Of a stretch of 64,000 nt of DNA, positions 49,337 through 59,125 are shown piece by piece. Position 1 is the first letter of the stretch; every line of letters begins with the position of its first letter. This stretch comes from an uncultured Collinsella sp. (GTDB lineage Bacteria > Actinomycetota > Coriobacteriia > Coriobacteriales > Coriobacteriaceae): assembly GCA_900551015.1 (NCBI GenBank), contig URUI01000001.1, positions 400 through 64,399 on the forward strand. Reading direction: 5' to 3'. Made by a program: the position numbers and the translations under genes. The notes beneath the pieces were generated by a model. The model was not told the DNA's origin. It did no database searches and worked only from the letters and a program-made list of their open reading frames with translations.

Positions 49337-52087
49337 TTAGGCGGAACGCTTGGCCTCGAGCTTGGCCTGAGCGGCGGCCAGGCGTGCGAGGGGCACGCGG
49401 TAGGGCGAGCAGGACACGTAGTCCACATCGGCCACGTTAAACAGGCTCTTGATGGACTTGGGGTCGCCGCCGTGCTCGCCGCACACACCAAAGTGCATAC
49501 CGGGGTTGGTGGCGCGGCCCGTTTCGACGGCCACGCGCACGAGCTCGAGCACCGCCGTGTCGATGGTCTCGAAGGGGTTGTCCTTCAAGATCTTCTTGTG
49601 CATGTACAGCGGGATGAACTTGGCCTCGGCATCGTCGCGGGAGAAGCCGAAGGTCGTCTGCGTAAGGTCGTTGGTGCCAAAGCAGAAGAAGTCAGCGTGC
49701 TGGGCGATCTCGTCGGCGACCATGCAGGCGCGCGGCAGCTCGAGCATCGTGCCCACGGGAATGTTGAGCTCGACGCCCTCTTCGGCGGAAACCTCGGCGA
49801 TCACGCGCTCGATGACCTCGCGGGTCTGGACATGCTCGCCCGTGATGGAAACGAGCGGGACCATAATCTCGGGGCGCGGGTCGACGCCCTCCTTGATAAG
49901 GCGGGCGGCAGCCGTGGCGACGGCGCGGACCTGCATGAGCGGCAGATCGCTAAAGACGACGGACAGGCGCACGCCGCGTAGGCCGAGCATCGGGTTGGAC
50001 TCGACCATGCCGTCGATACGACGCAGGCGGGTGCGCAGGACGGCAAGCTCTTCCTCGCTGGCGCCAGCGGCTTCCTTCTTGGTGATGGCGACCTCGAGCT
50101 CGCGAGGATTATCCAGGAACTCATGAAGCGGCGGATCGAGCAGGCGGACGACCACATCGCGACCAGACATGGTCTTGAACATCGCCAGGAAGTCCTCGGT
50201 CTGGACCTTAAGCAGGTCGGACAGGGCCTGCTGCTTCACGGCCTCATCGTCAGACAGGATAAAGCTCTGGATGATGTTCTTGCGATCGCCCAGGAACATA
50301 TGCTCGGTGCGGCACAGGCCAATAGCCTCGGCGCCAAACTCGAGGGCAAGCTCGGCGTCCTCGGGATTGTCGGCATTGACGCGCACATGGTTGGCATGAC
50401 CACAGGTCTCGTCCAGGCGAATCTCGTCGGCCCAGGACAGGATAGTGTCCAGGTCGCCGGTAAGCTCGGCGGAGACCAGGTCGACGGGACCGTCGACGAC
50501 GATGCCCTGGGTGCCGTCGATGGAGATGACATCGCCCTCATGCAGCACGCGGTCACTGCCCTCGATGCGCACGACCTTCTCGGCGGCGTCGATATGGAAG
50601 CGTTCGACGCCGCAGACGCAGGGCGTACCCATGCCGCGGGCGATAACGGCGGCATGGCTCGTCTTGCCACCGTGGCTGGTCAGGATGCCCTCGGCGGCGA
50701 CCATGCCCTTCAGGTCATCGGGGTTGGTCTCCCAGCGAACCAAAACGACCTTGTGACCCTCGTTGGCGCGCGCGACGGCGTCATCGCTCGAGAACACGAC
50801 CTCGCCCACGGCGGCACCGGGGCTGGCGTTCAAACCGCTGGCCAGGGCCTCGTACTTCTTGGAGGCGTCAAACTGCGGGTGCAGGAGCTGGTCGAGCTGC
50901 GCGGGATCGATGCGGTTTACGGCCTCCTCGCGGGTGATCAGTCCTTCCTCGACCATTTCGATAGCGATGCGCAGAGCGGCGGTTGCGGTACGCTTGCCCA
51001 CGCGGGTCTGGAGCATCCAGAGCTTGCCCTGCTCGATGGTGAACTCGATATCGCACATATCACGGTAATGATCCTCGAGCGTCAGGAACACGCGCTCGAG
51101 CTTTTCACCTGCGGACTCGAGGCCCGGGGTGGTCTTGAGGTCGGCAATGGGCTCGGTGTTGCGGATGCCGGCGACGACATCCTCGCCCTGGGCGTTGACC
51201 AGAAAGTCGCCGTAGAACTCCTTAGTGCCGTCGGCCGGGTTGCGCGTAAAGGCGACGCCGGTCGCGGAGGTCTCACCCTTGTTGCCAAAGGCCATGGCTT
51301 GGACGTTGACGGCAGTACCGAGCTCGTCAGAGATGCCGTGCTGTTTGCGGTAGATGCAGGCGCGCTCGTTCATCCAGCTGCCAAAGACGGCCTGGATGGC
51401 AAGGCGCAGCTGAAGCTCAGGATCGTGCGGGAAGGCGGGCTTGCCGTCGGCGACCTCGAGCTCGGGATACAGGGCGGCCTCGACGTTCTCGGAGAAGATG
51501 CCCTTAAAGGTCTCGACGAGCTCCTGCAGATCCTCGGCCGAAAGCTCGGAGTCGACGCGGACGCCAGCGACCAGGCGGGCCTGGGTCAGGGCATTCTCGA
51601 ATAGGTCGGCGTCAACGCCCATGACAACGTTGGAGAACATCTGGATAAAGCGACGATAGCTATCCCAGGCAAAGCGCGGGTTCTGCGTCTGCGCGATAAG
51701 GCCCTGGACGGAATCGTCGTTGAGGCCCAGGTTGAGGACCGTGTCCATCATGCCGGGCATGGAGAACGGAGCGCCCGAGCGAACCGACACGAGCAGCGGA
51801 TCGGAGGCATCGCCGAGTTTCTTGCCGCAACGGGCCTCGAGGTCCGCCCCAGCGGCAACGATCTCATCGAGTGCGCCTTCGGGCCACACATTGCCGGCAC
51901 CGGAGTAATCGACGCAAGTCTGGCAGGTAATGGTAAAGCCACCGGGAACCGGCAGGCCGATACGGCTCATCTCTGCAAGGTTAGCGCCCTTGCCACCAAG
52001 CACGAAGTTCATGGACTTGTCGCCCTCAGTGACACAGGTGCCCTGGGCGTCGGTTCCAAAACGGTAAACCCTCTTGCAATCGCTCAC
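49337..52087 (-). CDS. ppdK: Pyruvate, phosphate dikinase
   Basis: 916 aa with an N-terminal ATP-grasp domain, a central phosphohistidine domain (GGKTSHAAVIARGMGTPCV) and a C-terminal PEP-utilising TIM barrel. The start is GTG with a GGAAGGGGAAG RBS. Confidence 0.93.
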   Translation of the reverse strand: MSDCKRVYRFGTDAQGTCVTEGDKSMNFVLGGKGANLAEMSRIGLPVPGGFTITCQTCVDYSGAGNVWPEGALDEIVAAGADLEARCGKKLGDASDPLLVSVRSGAPFSMPGMMDTVLNLGLNDDSVQGLIAQTQNPRFAWDSYRRFIQMFSNVVMGVDADLFENALTQARLVAGVRVDSELSAEDLQELVETFKGIFSENVEAALYPELEVADGKPAFPHDPELQLRLAIQAVFGSWMNERACIYRKQHGISDELGTAVNVQAMAFGNKGETSATGVAFTRNPADGTKEFYGDFLVNAQGEDVVAGIRNTEPIADLKTTPGLESAGEKLERVFLTLEDHYRDMCDIEFTIEQGKLWMLQTRVGKRTATAALRIAIEMVEEGLITREEAVNRIDPAQLDQLLHPQFDASKKYEALASGLNASPGAAVGEVVFSSDDAVARANEGHKVVLVRWETNPDDLKGMVAAEGILTSHGGKTSHAAVIARGMGTPCVCGVERFHIDAAEKVVRIEGSDRVLHEGDVISIDGTQGIVVDGPVDLVSAELTGDLDTILSWADEIRLDETCGHANHVRVNADNPEDAELALEFGAEAIGLCRTEHMFLGDRKNIIQSFILSDDEAVKQQALSDLLKVQTEDFLAMFKTMSGRDVVVRLLDPPLHEFLDNPRELEVAITKKEAAGASEEELAVLRTRLRRIDGMVESNPMLGLRGVRLSVVFSDLPLMQVRAVATAAARLIKEGVDPRPEIMVPLVSITGEHVQTREVIERVIAEVSAEEGVELNIPVGTMLELPRACMVADEIAQHADFFCFGTNDLTQTTFGFSRDDAEAKFIPLYMHKKILKDNPFETIDTAVLELVRVAVETGRATNPGMHFGVCGEHGGDPKSIKSLFNVADVDYVSCSPYRVPLARLAAAQAKLEAKRSA

Positions 52088-52354
52088 GATACTTCCCCTT
52101 CCATGCGCTTACGCGCACGACCGTGGTAACGAATCGACCCGCCGGATGCGGGCCGTGAGGGAACTATACGGCGGGTTTTGGACAGGCTTGAGCAGAGGGT
52201 ACGCGGTTTGGTAAACGTGCTAAAACCGGCGGTAAACGGTAGGTAAAGGTGGCTACCTTATGAAGATACCACTACAAGGAAAGTGCAGGTCGAATGCGAT
52301 GTATTTGCTAAATCGCTTTACCATTTATCAGCATTATTTCCAAGTATTCTCTTT

Positions 52355-52417
52355 GGTTAGCTAAAAGAGCCCCGTCCCAAATTAGCTACCCAAACAACCT
52401 TGTCCCAAGTGAGCTAC
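52355..52417. repeat. Three copies of a TAGCTA/GAGCTA-centred motif, including a tandem 16-mer pair (GTCCCAAATTAGCTAC / GTCCCAAGTGAGCTAC, 28 bp apart) that overlaps the PDRP stop codon
   Basis: Seen directly in the sequence, in the AT-rich spacer between PDRP and ppdK. Confidence 0.5.
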
Positions 52418-53289
52418 TTTTGTTGAGCGCGGCGGGCGGCACGGCGGGCTCTTGCCTCTTGAATCTCTTCGAGGTGAGCAATGATCTCGGCAGCGCTTTC
52501 CTCGATGGCTTTGCCGTCGGTACGTACAACAAAGCAGCCTAAGCGCTTCATGAGGGCACGAGCTTCCTCAAGCTCGCTGCGCACGCTCTCAGGCTCGGCA
52601 TAGGAGCCGGCAACGGCACGGGCGTAGTCATCGCCCAAGCGGCTATCGCGAATCTCAGAAATAACGTCGACGGTCGAAATCAGGCCGAACAGGTGCATCG
52701 GGTCAACCTCGTAAATCGACTTGGGCGGCTCCATGCCATGCGCCAGTGGGACATTGGCGACCTTGTAGCCCTGATAGGCTAAATACATCGACAGCGGCGT
52801 CTTGGATGTACGCGACACACCCAGCAGCACGATATCGGCACCCGACAGATCGTCGCAACCACGACCGTCATCGTGCTCAACGAAATACTCCATGGCCTCG
52901 ATACGATGGAAATAGCGGTCATCGGTCTTGTGAATCACGCCCGCAACGCACTTGGGCGGCACACCGATGAGCGACGACAGCACGGCAAGCGTCGGGCCGA
53001 TCAGGTCGACCGAACGGATATGCAGCATACCCAGGTAATCGAGCACGCGGGCGCGAAGCGCCGGATCGACAATGGTATGGAACACGGCGACATCGCGATG
53101 GTCGGCATCGACGCGCGGCCCCACAAATGACTTGACCTGCTCCACCGAGGTCACCTTGGGCAGGCGCAAAACGCGAAAAGCCCCTTCATCAAATTGCCCG
53201 GACGCCGCAAGCACCACCTCACAAGCGGTATCGCCGAGCGAGTCGGAGATAACGATAACGGTGGGACGAGCGGTGACCGGGCAATCCAT
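52414..53289 (-). CDS. Pyruvate, phosphate dikinase regulatory protein (PDRP, DUF299; bifunctional kinase / pyrophosphorylase)
   Basis: The P-loop-like motif GVSRTSKTP and the PDRP family layout. It lies immediately upstream of ppdK. Confidence 0.85.
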   Translation of the reverse strand: MDCPVTARPTVIVISDSLGDTACEVVLAASGQFDEGAFRVLRLPKVTSVEQVKSFVGPRVDADHRDVAVFHTIVDPALRARVLDYLGMLHIRSVDLIGPTLAVLSSLIGVPPKCVAGVIHKTDDRYFHRIEAMEYFVEHDDGRGCDDLSGADIVLLGVSRTSKTPLSMYLAYQGYKVANVPLAHGMEPPKSIYEVDPMHLFGLISTVDVISEIRDSRLGDDYARAVAGSYAEPESVRSELEEARALMKRLGCFVVRTDGKAIEESAAEIIAHLEEIQEARARRAARRAQQK

Positions 53290-53323
53290 GCGGGGCTCCT
53301 TTTGCGCTTATGCGCAGGCTGGC

Positions 53324-55420
53324 TTACTTTTTGCGGGCAAGCTCACCGATGTTGGCAATGCCGGAGAAAACGGCCTCGAAGCGGTTGAGCAGCTTAAGGC
53401 GATTATCGCGAAGCTGCTCGTCCTTGTCCATGACCATGACCTCATCGAAGAAACGGTCGATGGGCGCGCGCAGGGCGGCGAGGGCGGCAAATGCGGCCGG
53501 GTAGTCCTCGACAGCAAGGGCGGCATCGACAGCGGTCTGAGCGGCCTCGGAGGCGTCGGCGAGCGCGAGCTCGACCTCGCCCATCAGGCTGCGGTCATAC
53601 TCCGCACCAAGCTCAGGCTTGGAGATATGCGCGGCGCGGGCATAGGCGGTCGCCAGGTTGTCGAACGTCTCAGCGTCGTTCTTGCGGGCCTCGTCGAGGG
53701 CGGCGCAGCGGGCGAAGAAGACGGACGGGGCGATAATGTGCACCGCGGAGACGGCGGCAACGGTATCGGCCGGGATCTTTTCGTCGCGGGCCATGCTCAC
53801 CAGGCGGCCATGGAAGAAGTCACGAACCTGCTGGGCGACCTCGGCGGCGTCGAACTCAATGCCCTGCTCGCTATAGAGCTCGAGCGCAAAGTCGATGAGC
53901 GACGTGGGATCGATCGGCAGACGGTCGCGCAGGATGTTGATGATACCGATAGCGGCACGACGCAGCGCGTAGGGATCGGAGGAGCCAGTCGGGGGCTCGC
54001 CGATGGCAAAGATACCGGCGATGGTATCAAGCTTGTCGGCGCAGGCCACGATGCAGCCAGCGGTGCCCTCGGGCAGCTCGTCACCGGCAAAACGGGGACG
54101 ATAGTGATCGCGAATGGCGTGGGCGACCTCGTCGTTCTCCCCCATCGCGGTGGCGTAGTAACCGCCCATCACGCCCTGCTGACTCGTGAATTCGACGACG
54201 GCGTTGGATACCAGGTCGGCCTTGCACAGGTGCGCGGCACGAGCAGCGTCGGCGGCAAGATGGGCGCCCAAATGAGCCTCGCGGGCAATAGCGAGCGCGA
54301 GCTGCTCAATACGCTCGGACTTGGCGAGCACGCTGCCGAGCTTCTCCTGGAAGGCAACCTTGGACAGACGCTCACGGAACTCGTCGAGGGAGATCTTCAG
54401 GTCCTCCTCGTAGAAGAACTTAGCGTCGTCCAGACGGGCGCGCACGACGCGCTCGTTACCGTCGATCACGCGCTCGGCATTCTCGGGCTTGCTGTTGGAG
54501 ACGACCACGAACTCACGCGTCAGCTTGCCCTCGCCGTCATAGATCGGGAAGTAGCGCTGGTTGGTGAGCATGGACTCGCAGATGATCTCGTGCGGGACCT
54601 TGAGGAACTCCTCGTCGAAAGTACCGACGAGCACCGTCGGCCACTCGCAGAGGTTGATAACCTCCTCAAAGACCTTCTTGGGCGTATCGACATGGCAGCC
54701 GGGACGGGCAGCCTCGACCTCGGCGATACCAGCTAGAATCGCCTCGCGACGGCGCTCGGCAGAAAGCACGCCGGCGTCCTCGAGCACCTGCTCGTAGGCG
54801 GCGGGGCTAGCGACAACGTGGTCACCGGGGCCAAGCACGCGATGGCCGCGCGTAGTGTTGCCGCTCGTCACGTCGGCAAACGACACGGGCACAACATCCT
54901 CGCCCAGAAGGCAGCAGATCCAGCGGACCGGGCGCACGAAGGTGGCGTGCTCGTGGCCCCAGCGCTGACTACGGTAGTTGGGCCACTGCAGGCCGGCGAT
55001 GGCCTTCTCGCACAGGGCCGTCAGGATCGGAGTAGCCGGAGCGGAAGGAATGTTCTTCTCGGCAAAGACGTACTCACGGCCGTCGGTGTCCTCGCGACGG
55101 ACCAGATCCTCGGCAGCCACACCGCACTTGCGGGCGAAGCCCTGGGCGGCCTTGGTGGCGTTACCGTCAGCGTCGAAGGCGATGTTGGCCGCAGGGCCAC
55201 GCTTGACCTCGTGAACCTCATCGGTCGCAGTGGCGACGTTGGCCACGAGCGCAGCCAGACGACGCGGACTCGAGATCACGCGGACCTCGCCATGGGCCAG
55301 ACCGGCCTCGTCGAGGCCCTTGGCGATCATGGTGCCAAGCTGCTTGACAGCATTGTTCAGCGGTGCGGAGGGCATTTCCTCCGTACCGATCTCAAACAGG
55401 AAATCCTTAGCGTCTGCCAT
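53324..55420 (-). CDS. glyS: Glycine--tRNA ligase beta subunit
   Basis: 698 aa of the GlyS family, 3 nt after the glyQ stop. Confidence 0.92.
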   Translation of the reverse strand: MADAKDFLFEIGTEEMPSAPLNNAVKQLGTMIAKGLDEAGLAHGEVRVISSPRRLAALVANVATATDEVHEVKRGPAANIAFDADGNATKAAQGFARKCGVAAEDLVRREDTDGREYVFAEKNIPSAPATPILTALCEKAIAGLQWPNYRSQRWGHEHATFVRPVRWICCLLGEDVVPVSFADVTSGNTTRGHRVLGPGDHVVASPAAYEQVLEDAGVLSAERRREAILAGIAEVEAARPGCHVDTPKKVFEEVINLCEWPTVLVGTFDEEFLKVPHEIICESMLTNQRYFPIYDGEGKLTREFVVVSNSKPENAERVIDGNERVVRARLDDAKFFYEEDLKISLDEFRERLSKVAFQEKLGSVLAKSERIEQLALAIAREAHLGAHLAADAARAAHLCKADLVSNAVVEFTSQQGVMGGYYATAMGENDEVAHAIRDHYRPRFAGDELPEGTAGCIVACADKLDTIAGIFAIGEPPTGSSDPYALRRAAIGIINILRDRLPIDPTSLIDFALELYSEQGIEFDAAEVAQQVRDFFHGRLVSMARDEKIPADTVAAVSAVHIIAPSVFFARCAALDEARKNDAETFDNLATAYARAAHISKPELGAEYDRSLMGEVELALADASEAAQTAVDAALAVEDYPAAFAALAALRAPIDRFFDEVMVMDKDEQLRDNRLKLLNRFEAVFSGIANIGELARKK

Positions 55421-55423
55421 GGC

Positions 55424-56335
55424 TTACGCCACCTCGCCTTCCTGGTCGGCATTCTCGTTGACTCCGGCGACCTCGGCCATATAGGCCTCGCAGCACGCCT
55501 TGGCGACGGCGCGGACGCGCAGGATGTAGTTGGCACGCTCGACCGCGGACAGGGCGCCGCGGGCATCGAGCAGGTTGAAAGCGTGGCTGCACTTCATGAC
55601 ACAGTCATACGCTGGCAGCGGCAGCTTGCGCTCCAGGCAGGAATGGCACTCGGCCTCGTAGTCGTCAAACTTCTGACGCATCATCTCGACGTTGGCGACC
55701 TCAAAGTTATAAGCACTGAACTCGCGCTCGTTCTCGAGGAACACGTCGCCATAGGTCATGGGCGTACCGTCGGGCAGGTAGCTCCACACCAGGTCGTAAA
55801 CGGAGTTGACGCCCTGGGCATACATGGCGATACGCTCCAGGCCATAGGTGATCTCGACGGGCACGGGGTCGACCTCGATGCCGCCCACCTGCTGGAAGTA
55901 CGTAAACTGCGTGACCTCCATGCCGTTGAGCCAAACCTCCCAGCCAAGGCCCCAGGCGCCCAGGGTCGGGCTCTCCCAGTCATCCTCGACAAAGCGGACG
56001 TCATGGTCGTTGGGGTCCAGGCCAATGGCGGCAAGAGACCCCAGGTAAAGCTCCTGAGCATTAACCGGAGAGGGCTTAATGAGCACCTGGAACTGATAGT
56101 AGTGCTGCATGCGGTTAGGGTTCTCGCCGTAGCGGCCGTCGGCGGGACGGCGGCAGGGCTGCGCATAGCAGGTGCGCCACTCGGCGGGACCGAGCGAGCG
56201 CAGCGTGGTCGCGGTATGGAAGGTACCGGCACCGACCTCGGAGTCATAGGGCTGCATAATGACGCAGCCCTGCTCGCCCCAGTACTGCTGGAGGCGCAGG
56301 ATGATGTCTTGGAAGGAAAGCGATGAAGCGTTCAT
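55424..56335 (-). CDS. glyQ: Glycine--tRNA ligase alpha subunit
   Basis: [31 protein letters not shown]... is a typical GlyQ. Confidence 0.93.
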   Translation of the reverse strand: MNASSLSFQDIILRLQQYWGEQGCVIMQPYDSEVGAGTFHTATTLRSLGPAEWRTCYAQPCRRPADGRYGENPNRMQHYYQFQVLIKPSPVNAQELYLGSLAAIGLDPNDHDVRFVEDDWESPTLGAWGLGWEVWLNGMEVTQFTYFQQVGGIEVDPVPVEITYGLERIAMYAQGVNSVYDLVWSYLPDGTPMTYGDVFLENEREFSAYNFEVANVEMMRQKFDDYEAECHSCLERKLPLPAYDCVMKCSHAFNLLDARGALSAVERANYILRVRAVAKACCEAYMAEVAGVNENADQEGEVA

Positions 56336-56394
56336 GCCTCTAATATCCCCTCGTCGAAACGATTACACGGTTAGGTACTGTACTATAGCGGTTT

Positions 56395-56958
56395 TTAGTC
56401 GATAGCGCCGATGCGGTTGAGCGGCCAGTAGCGCACAAGCGCCACAGCGATCAAATCAGAGCGATCGACGGGACCAAAGTAGCGCGAGTCGGCAGAGTTT
56501 TCGCGGTTGTCGCCCATCACCCACACGCACCCGTCGGGAACGGTGTAGGGATAACTCACCTGGGCGCCAGGCGCTTGGACCGAAAGCGGCCAGCTCATGC
56601 CGGTCGTATAGTCCTCATCGAGCGCCTGGCCGTCAACGACCACGCGACCGTCCTGCAAATCGACCGTCTGGCCGGCCGTGGCGATAACGCGCTTGACAAG
56701 AACATCGTGCTCGGAGGTGCCATCGGGGTTGTGAAACACCACGATATCGCCCTGCTTGACGGGCTGGCCGAGCTCAAGGCTCACCTTTTGCGCCAAGATC
56801 TGGTCGCCAATCTCGATCGTGGACTCCATGGAGCCGGTGGGCACCACAAAGGGCTCGACCACAAAGGTGCGGATCAGGAAGGTGGCCACGAGCGCGATTG
56901 CGATGACCGCGATCCACTCAAAGGCGCCCCTCAACGCGGAATGCTGCGATGGAACCAT
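56395..56958 (-). CDS. lepB: Signal peptidase I
   Basis: A TM helix, then the catalytic Ser in PTGSMEST and the Lys box VKRVIA, plus GDNRENSADSR. I chose the ATG (MVPSQH) with a GAGGAG RBS. The track ORF extends 36 codons upstream. Confidence 0.88.
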   Translation of the reverse strand: MVPSQHSALRGAFEWIAVIAIALVATFLIRTFVVEPFVVPTGSMESTIEIGDQILAQKVSLELGQPVKQGDIVVFHNPDGTSEHDVLVKRVIATAGQTVDLQDGRVVVDGQALDEDYTTGMSWPLSVQAPGAQVSYPYTVPDGCVWVMGDNRENSADSRYFGPVDRSDLIAVALVRYWPLNRIGAID

Positions 56959-56960
56959 TC

Positions 56961-57719
56961 TCACTCCTCGCTCTGCGAATACGAAGCGTCCAGAATCTCC
57001 TGCGCGTATGCGCGCTCCTGGGGCGTAAGCCGCGCCGTCTCGATCAGATCGGGACGCCAACGACAAGTGCGCTCGATGGCATTCTTGCGGCGCCAGGCAT
57101 CGACCTTAGCGTGATCTCCGCTCACGAGCACCGGAGGCACACCCTGGCCATTGAACTCAGCGGGGCGGGTGTACTGCGCATACTCGAGCAGGCCTCCGTC
57201 CTCGGCGGTCGAGAACGACTCGTCGACGTTGCTCATCTCGTCGCCCAGGGCGCCGGGAATCAGGCGTACGACGGCATCGGCAACGACCATAGCGGGAAGC
57301 TCGCCGCCCGTGAGCACGTAATCGCCGATCGACAGGCGCTCGTCGGCATACGCATAGGCACGCTCGTCGACACCTTCGTAACGGCTGCACACAAACAGCA
57401 GGCGCTCGCTTTTGAGCAGGCGCTCGGCCACATGCTGCGTAAAAGGCTCGCCACAGGGGGTAAAAAACACCACGGTGGGCTTAGGACCCTCGGAGCTAAT
57501 AGCCTCGATGGCCTCGGCGATAGGCTCGACCTTCATGAGCATGCCCTGCCCGCCGCCGTACGGCTCGTCATCGACGGTACGATGGCGGTCGTGCGTCCAG
57601 TCGCGCAGGTTATACGCCTTAAAATCAAAAAGGCCGGCCTTGCGGGCGCGGCCCAAAATCGATGTGGACATGACGGGCTCAAACATCTCGGGAAAGACCG
57701 AAAGGGTCTCAATCAGCAT
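56961..57719 (-). CDS. trmD: tRNA (guanine37-N1)-methyltransferase
   Basis: 252 aa with the SPOUT fold (GYEGVDER..., LTGGELPAMV). Confidence 0.92.
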   Translation of the reverse strand: MLIETLSVFPEMFEPVMSTSILGRARKAGLFDFKAYNLRDWTHDRHRTVDDEPYGGGQGMLMKVEPIAEAIEAISSEGPKPTVVFFTPCGEPFTQHVAERLLKSERLLFVCSRYEGVDERAYAYADERLSIGDYVLTGGELPAMVVADAVVRLIPGALGDEMSNVDESFSTAEDGGLLEYAQYTRPAEFNGQGVPPVLVSGDHAKVDAWRRKNAIERTCRWRPDLIETARLTPQERAYAQEILDASYSQSEE

Positions 57720-57729
57720 GTTGTCCTCC

Positions 57730-58251
57730 CTACTTGTCCATATCGATCAGGCCGTCCATAACGTGGACGGAAATTGTTCCAGTGTCGGGAAGATCGAGCA
57801 CGACCCGCTCGATCACGGGAATCAGTACCTCGCCGTACCGATCACCCTCGACAACCCAAACATCGTTAGCGGGCGTCGACATGATCTCGACGATCGTGCC
57901 GAGCGAACCGAAGCGCTCATCGACCACCTCGCGACCCATCAGGTCGGTATAGGCAGCGTCGAGCGAATCGAGCTCAAAGTCGTCACGATTTGCCAGCACA
58001 TAGCATCCCGTGATGCCCTCGGCGGCCGTTAAGTCGTCAATGCCCTCAAACGAGACCAGATCGCCATCGCCCGTATCGGTGACGGACACGACCGTGCAAA
58101 AACGGTCGCGCTTGAGCGCCGGCGGCGTCAGGGCGACGCGCATACCCGGCTCTAATACAGAAGGAAGCCCCCGCAGCGGCTGCGCGAGGACCTCCCCCTT
58201 CCTTCCGTGCGGCTTGACCACACGGGCGATGTTTTTGTACTGGGACCTCAA
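57730..58251 (-). CDS. rimM: Ribosome maturation factor RimM
   Basis: 173 aa with a PRC-barrel C-terminus. Its position between the KH gene and trmD is conserved. Confidence 0.85.
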   Translation of the reverse strand: MRSQYKNIARVVKPHGRKGEVLAQPLRGLPSVLEPGMRVALTPPALKRDRFCTVVSVTDTGDGDLVSFEGIDDLTAAEGITGCYVLANRDDFELDSLDAAYTDLMGREVVDERFGSLGTIVEIMSTPANDVWVVEGDRYGEVLIPVIERVVLDLPDTGTISVHVMDGLIDMDK

Positions 58252-58255
58252 GGTC

Positions 58256-58540
58256 CTAGCCCAGAACCTCTACCTCGACAGCAGTGTCGAGGCGAGCGGC
58301 CAGTGCACGGGCGAGCGTGCGAATGGCCTTGATGGTACGGCCACGACGGCCGATGACCTTAGCGACGTCATCCTCGGCGACCGAAACCTCGATCGTAGAG
58401 GCGTCGTCACCATCGATGACCTCAAGGCTCACGGAATCCGGGTCGTCGACGATCTGAACAACGAGATATTCGACGAGATCGGCGATGCGATCTGAGAGCA
58501 TTGCCTCACCCTCGAGCTGTGCAGCGTCAACCTCAGGCAC
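58256..58540 (-). CDS. KH-domain RNA-binding protein (UPF0109, YlqC-like)
   Basis: 94 aa with a KH GxxG motif (IGRRGRTIKAIR). It lies between rpsP and rimM. Confidence 0.8.
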   Translation of the reverse strand: MPEVDAAQLEGEAMLSDRIADLVEYLVVQIVDDPDSVSLEVIDGDDASTIEVSVAEDDVAKVIGRRGRTIKAIRTLARALAARLDTAVEVEVLG

Positions 58541-58543
58541 GAT

Positions 58544-58885
58544 TTACTCCTCGGCGCCCTCAGCGGCCTCAGCGGCAGCCTTAGCGGCCTCGGCCTCTTT
58601 GGCGAGCTGCTTCTTGGACTTCTTGACGACGGTCTCGGTCTTCTCGCCCTCGTTGGCGGCCTTGACCAGAGCGGCGACAGCGTCGGTGAGCTGAGCACCC
58701 TTGGACTGCCAGTCGGCGATCTTCTCGAGGTCGAGGTTGATGGTCTTGGGGGCGGTCATCGGGTTGTAGCGGCCAACCTCCTCGATGATACGACCGTCAC
58801 GCGGGGCGCGGGAATCGGCGACGACGACACGGTAGTACGGACGCTTCTTAGCGCCGTGACGAGCAAGGCGAATCTTGACTGCCAA
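58544..58885 (-). CDS. rpsP: 30S ribosomal protein S16 with a C-terminal Lys/Ala/Glu-rich extension
   Basis: (M)[34 protein letters not shown]... I chose the TTG start with a GGAGGAG RBS 7 nt upstream. The track ORF extends 12 codons upstream. Confidence 0.88.
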   Translation of the reverse strand: MAVKIRLARHGAKKRPYYRVVVADSRAPRDGRIIEEVGRYNPMTAPKTINLDLEKIADWQSKGAQLTDAVAALVKAANEGEKTETVVKKSKKQLAKEAEAAKAAAEAAEGAEE

Positions 58886-59125
58886 AGGAAACTCCTCCAA
58901 CCAAGCAGCTTTAGGCTGCAACTACAAACAAACAGTTGAACATAATACGCCATCGACGCGGGCAGGTGAAGTCCGTGAGACCAACTTCTTCGGTGTAGTC
59001 GAGGGCAAATCCATATCTTAGACAAGAATTCGGGATTTGCAAGCACATACACGCACCCCACATGAGCTGCGCGGTATACTCATGACATGGAAAGACGCGA
59101 ACATACATACGGTTATGAGGATGCC

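Noticed and set aside
52088-52340. Attempted to pin a ppdK sigma-70 promoter in the 326-bp spacer
   Set aside because: Several weak -10 candidates (TATAGT, TAAATG) lack a convincing -35 at the proper spacing. I left this uncalled rather than guess.
58922-59125. Possible LexA (SOS) box upstream of dinB
   Set aside because: Only a half-site-like TTGAACATAATACGCC was found. There is no TCGAAC-N4-GTTCGA palindrome or Firmicute-type CGAACnnnnGTTCG, so I could not support an SOS box from sequence alone.
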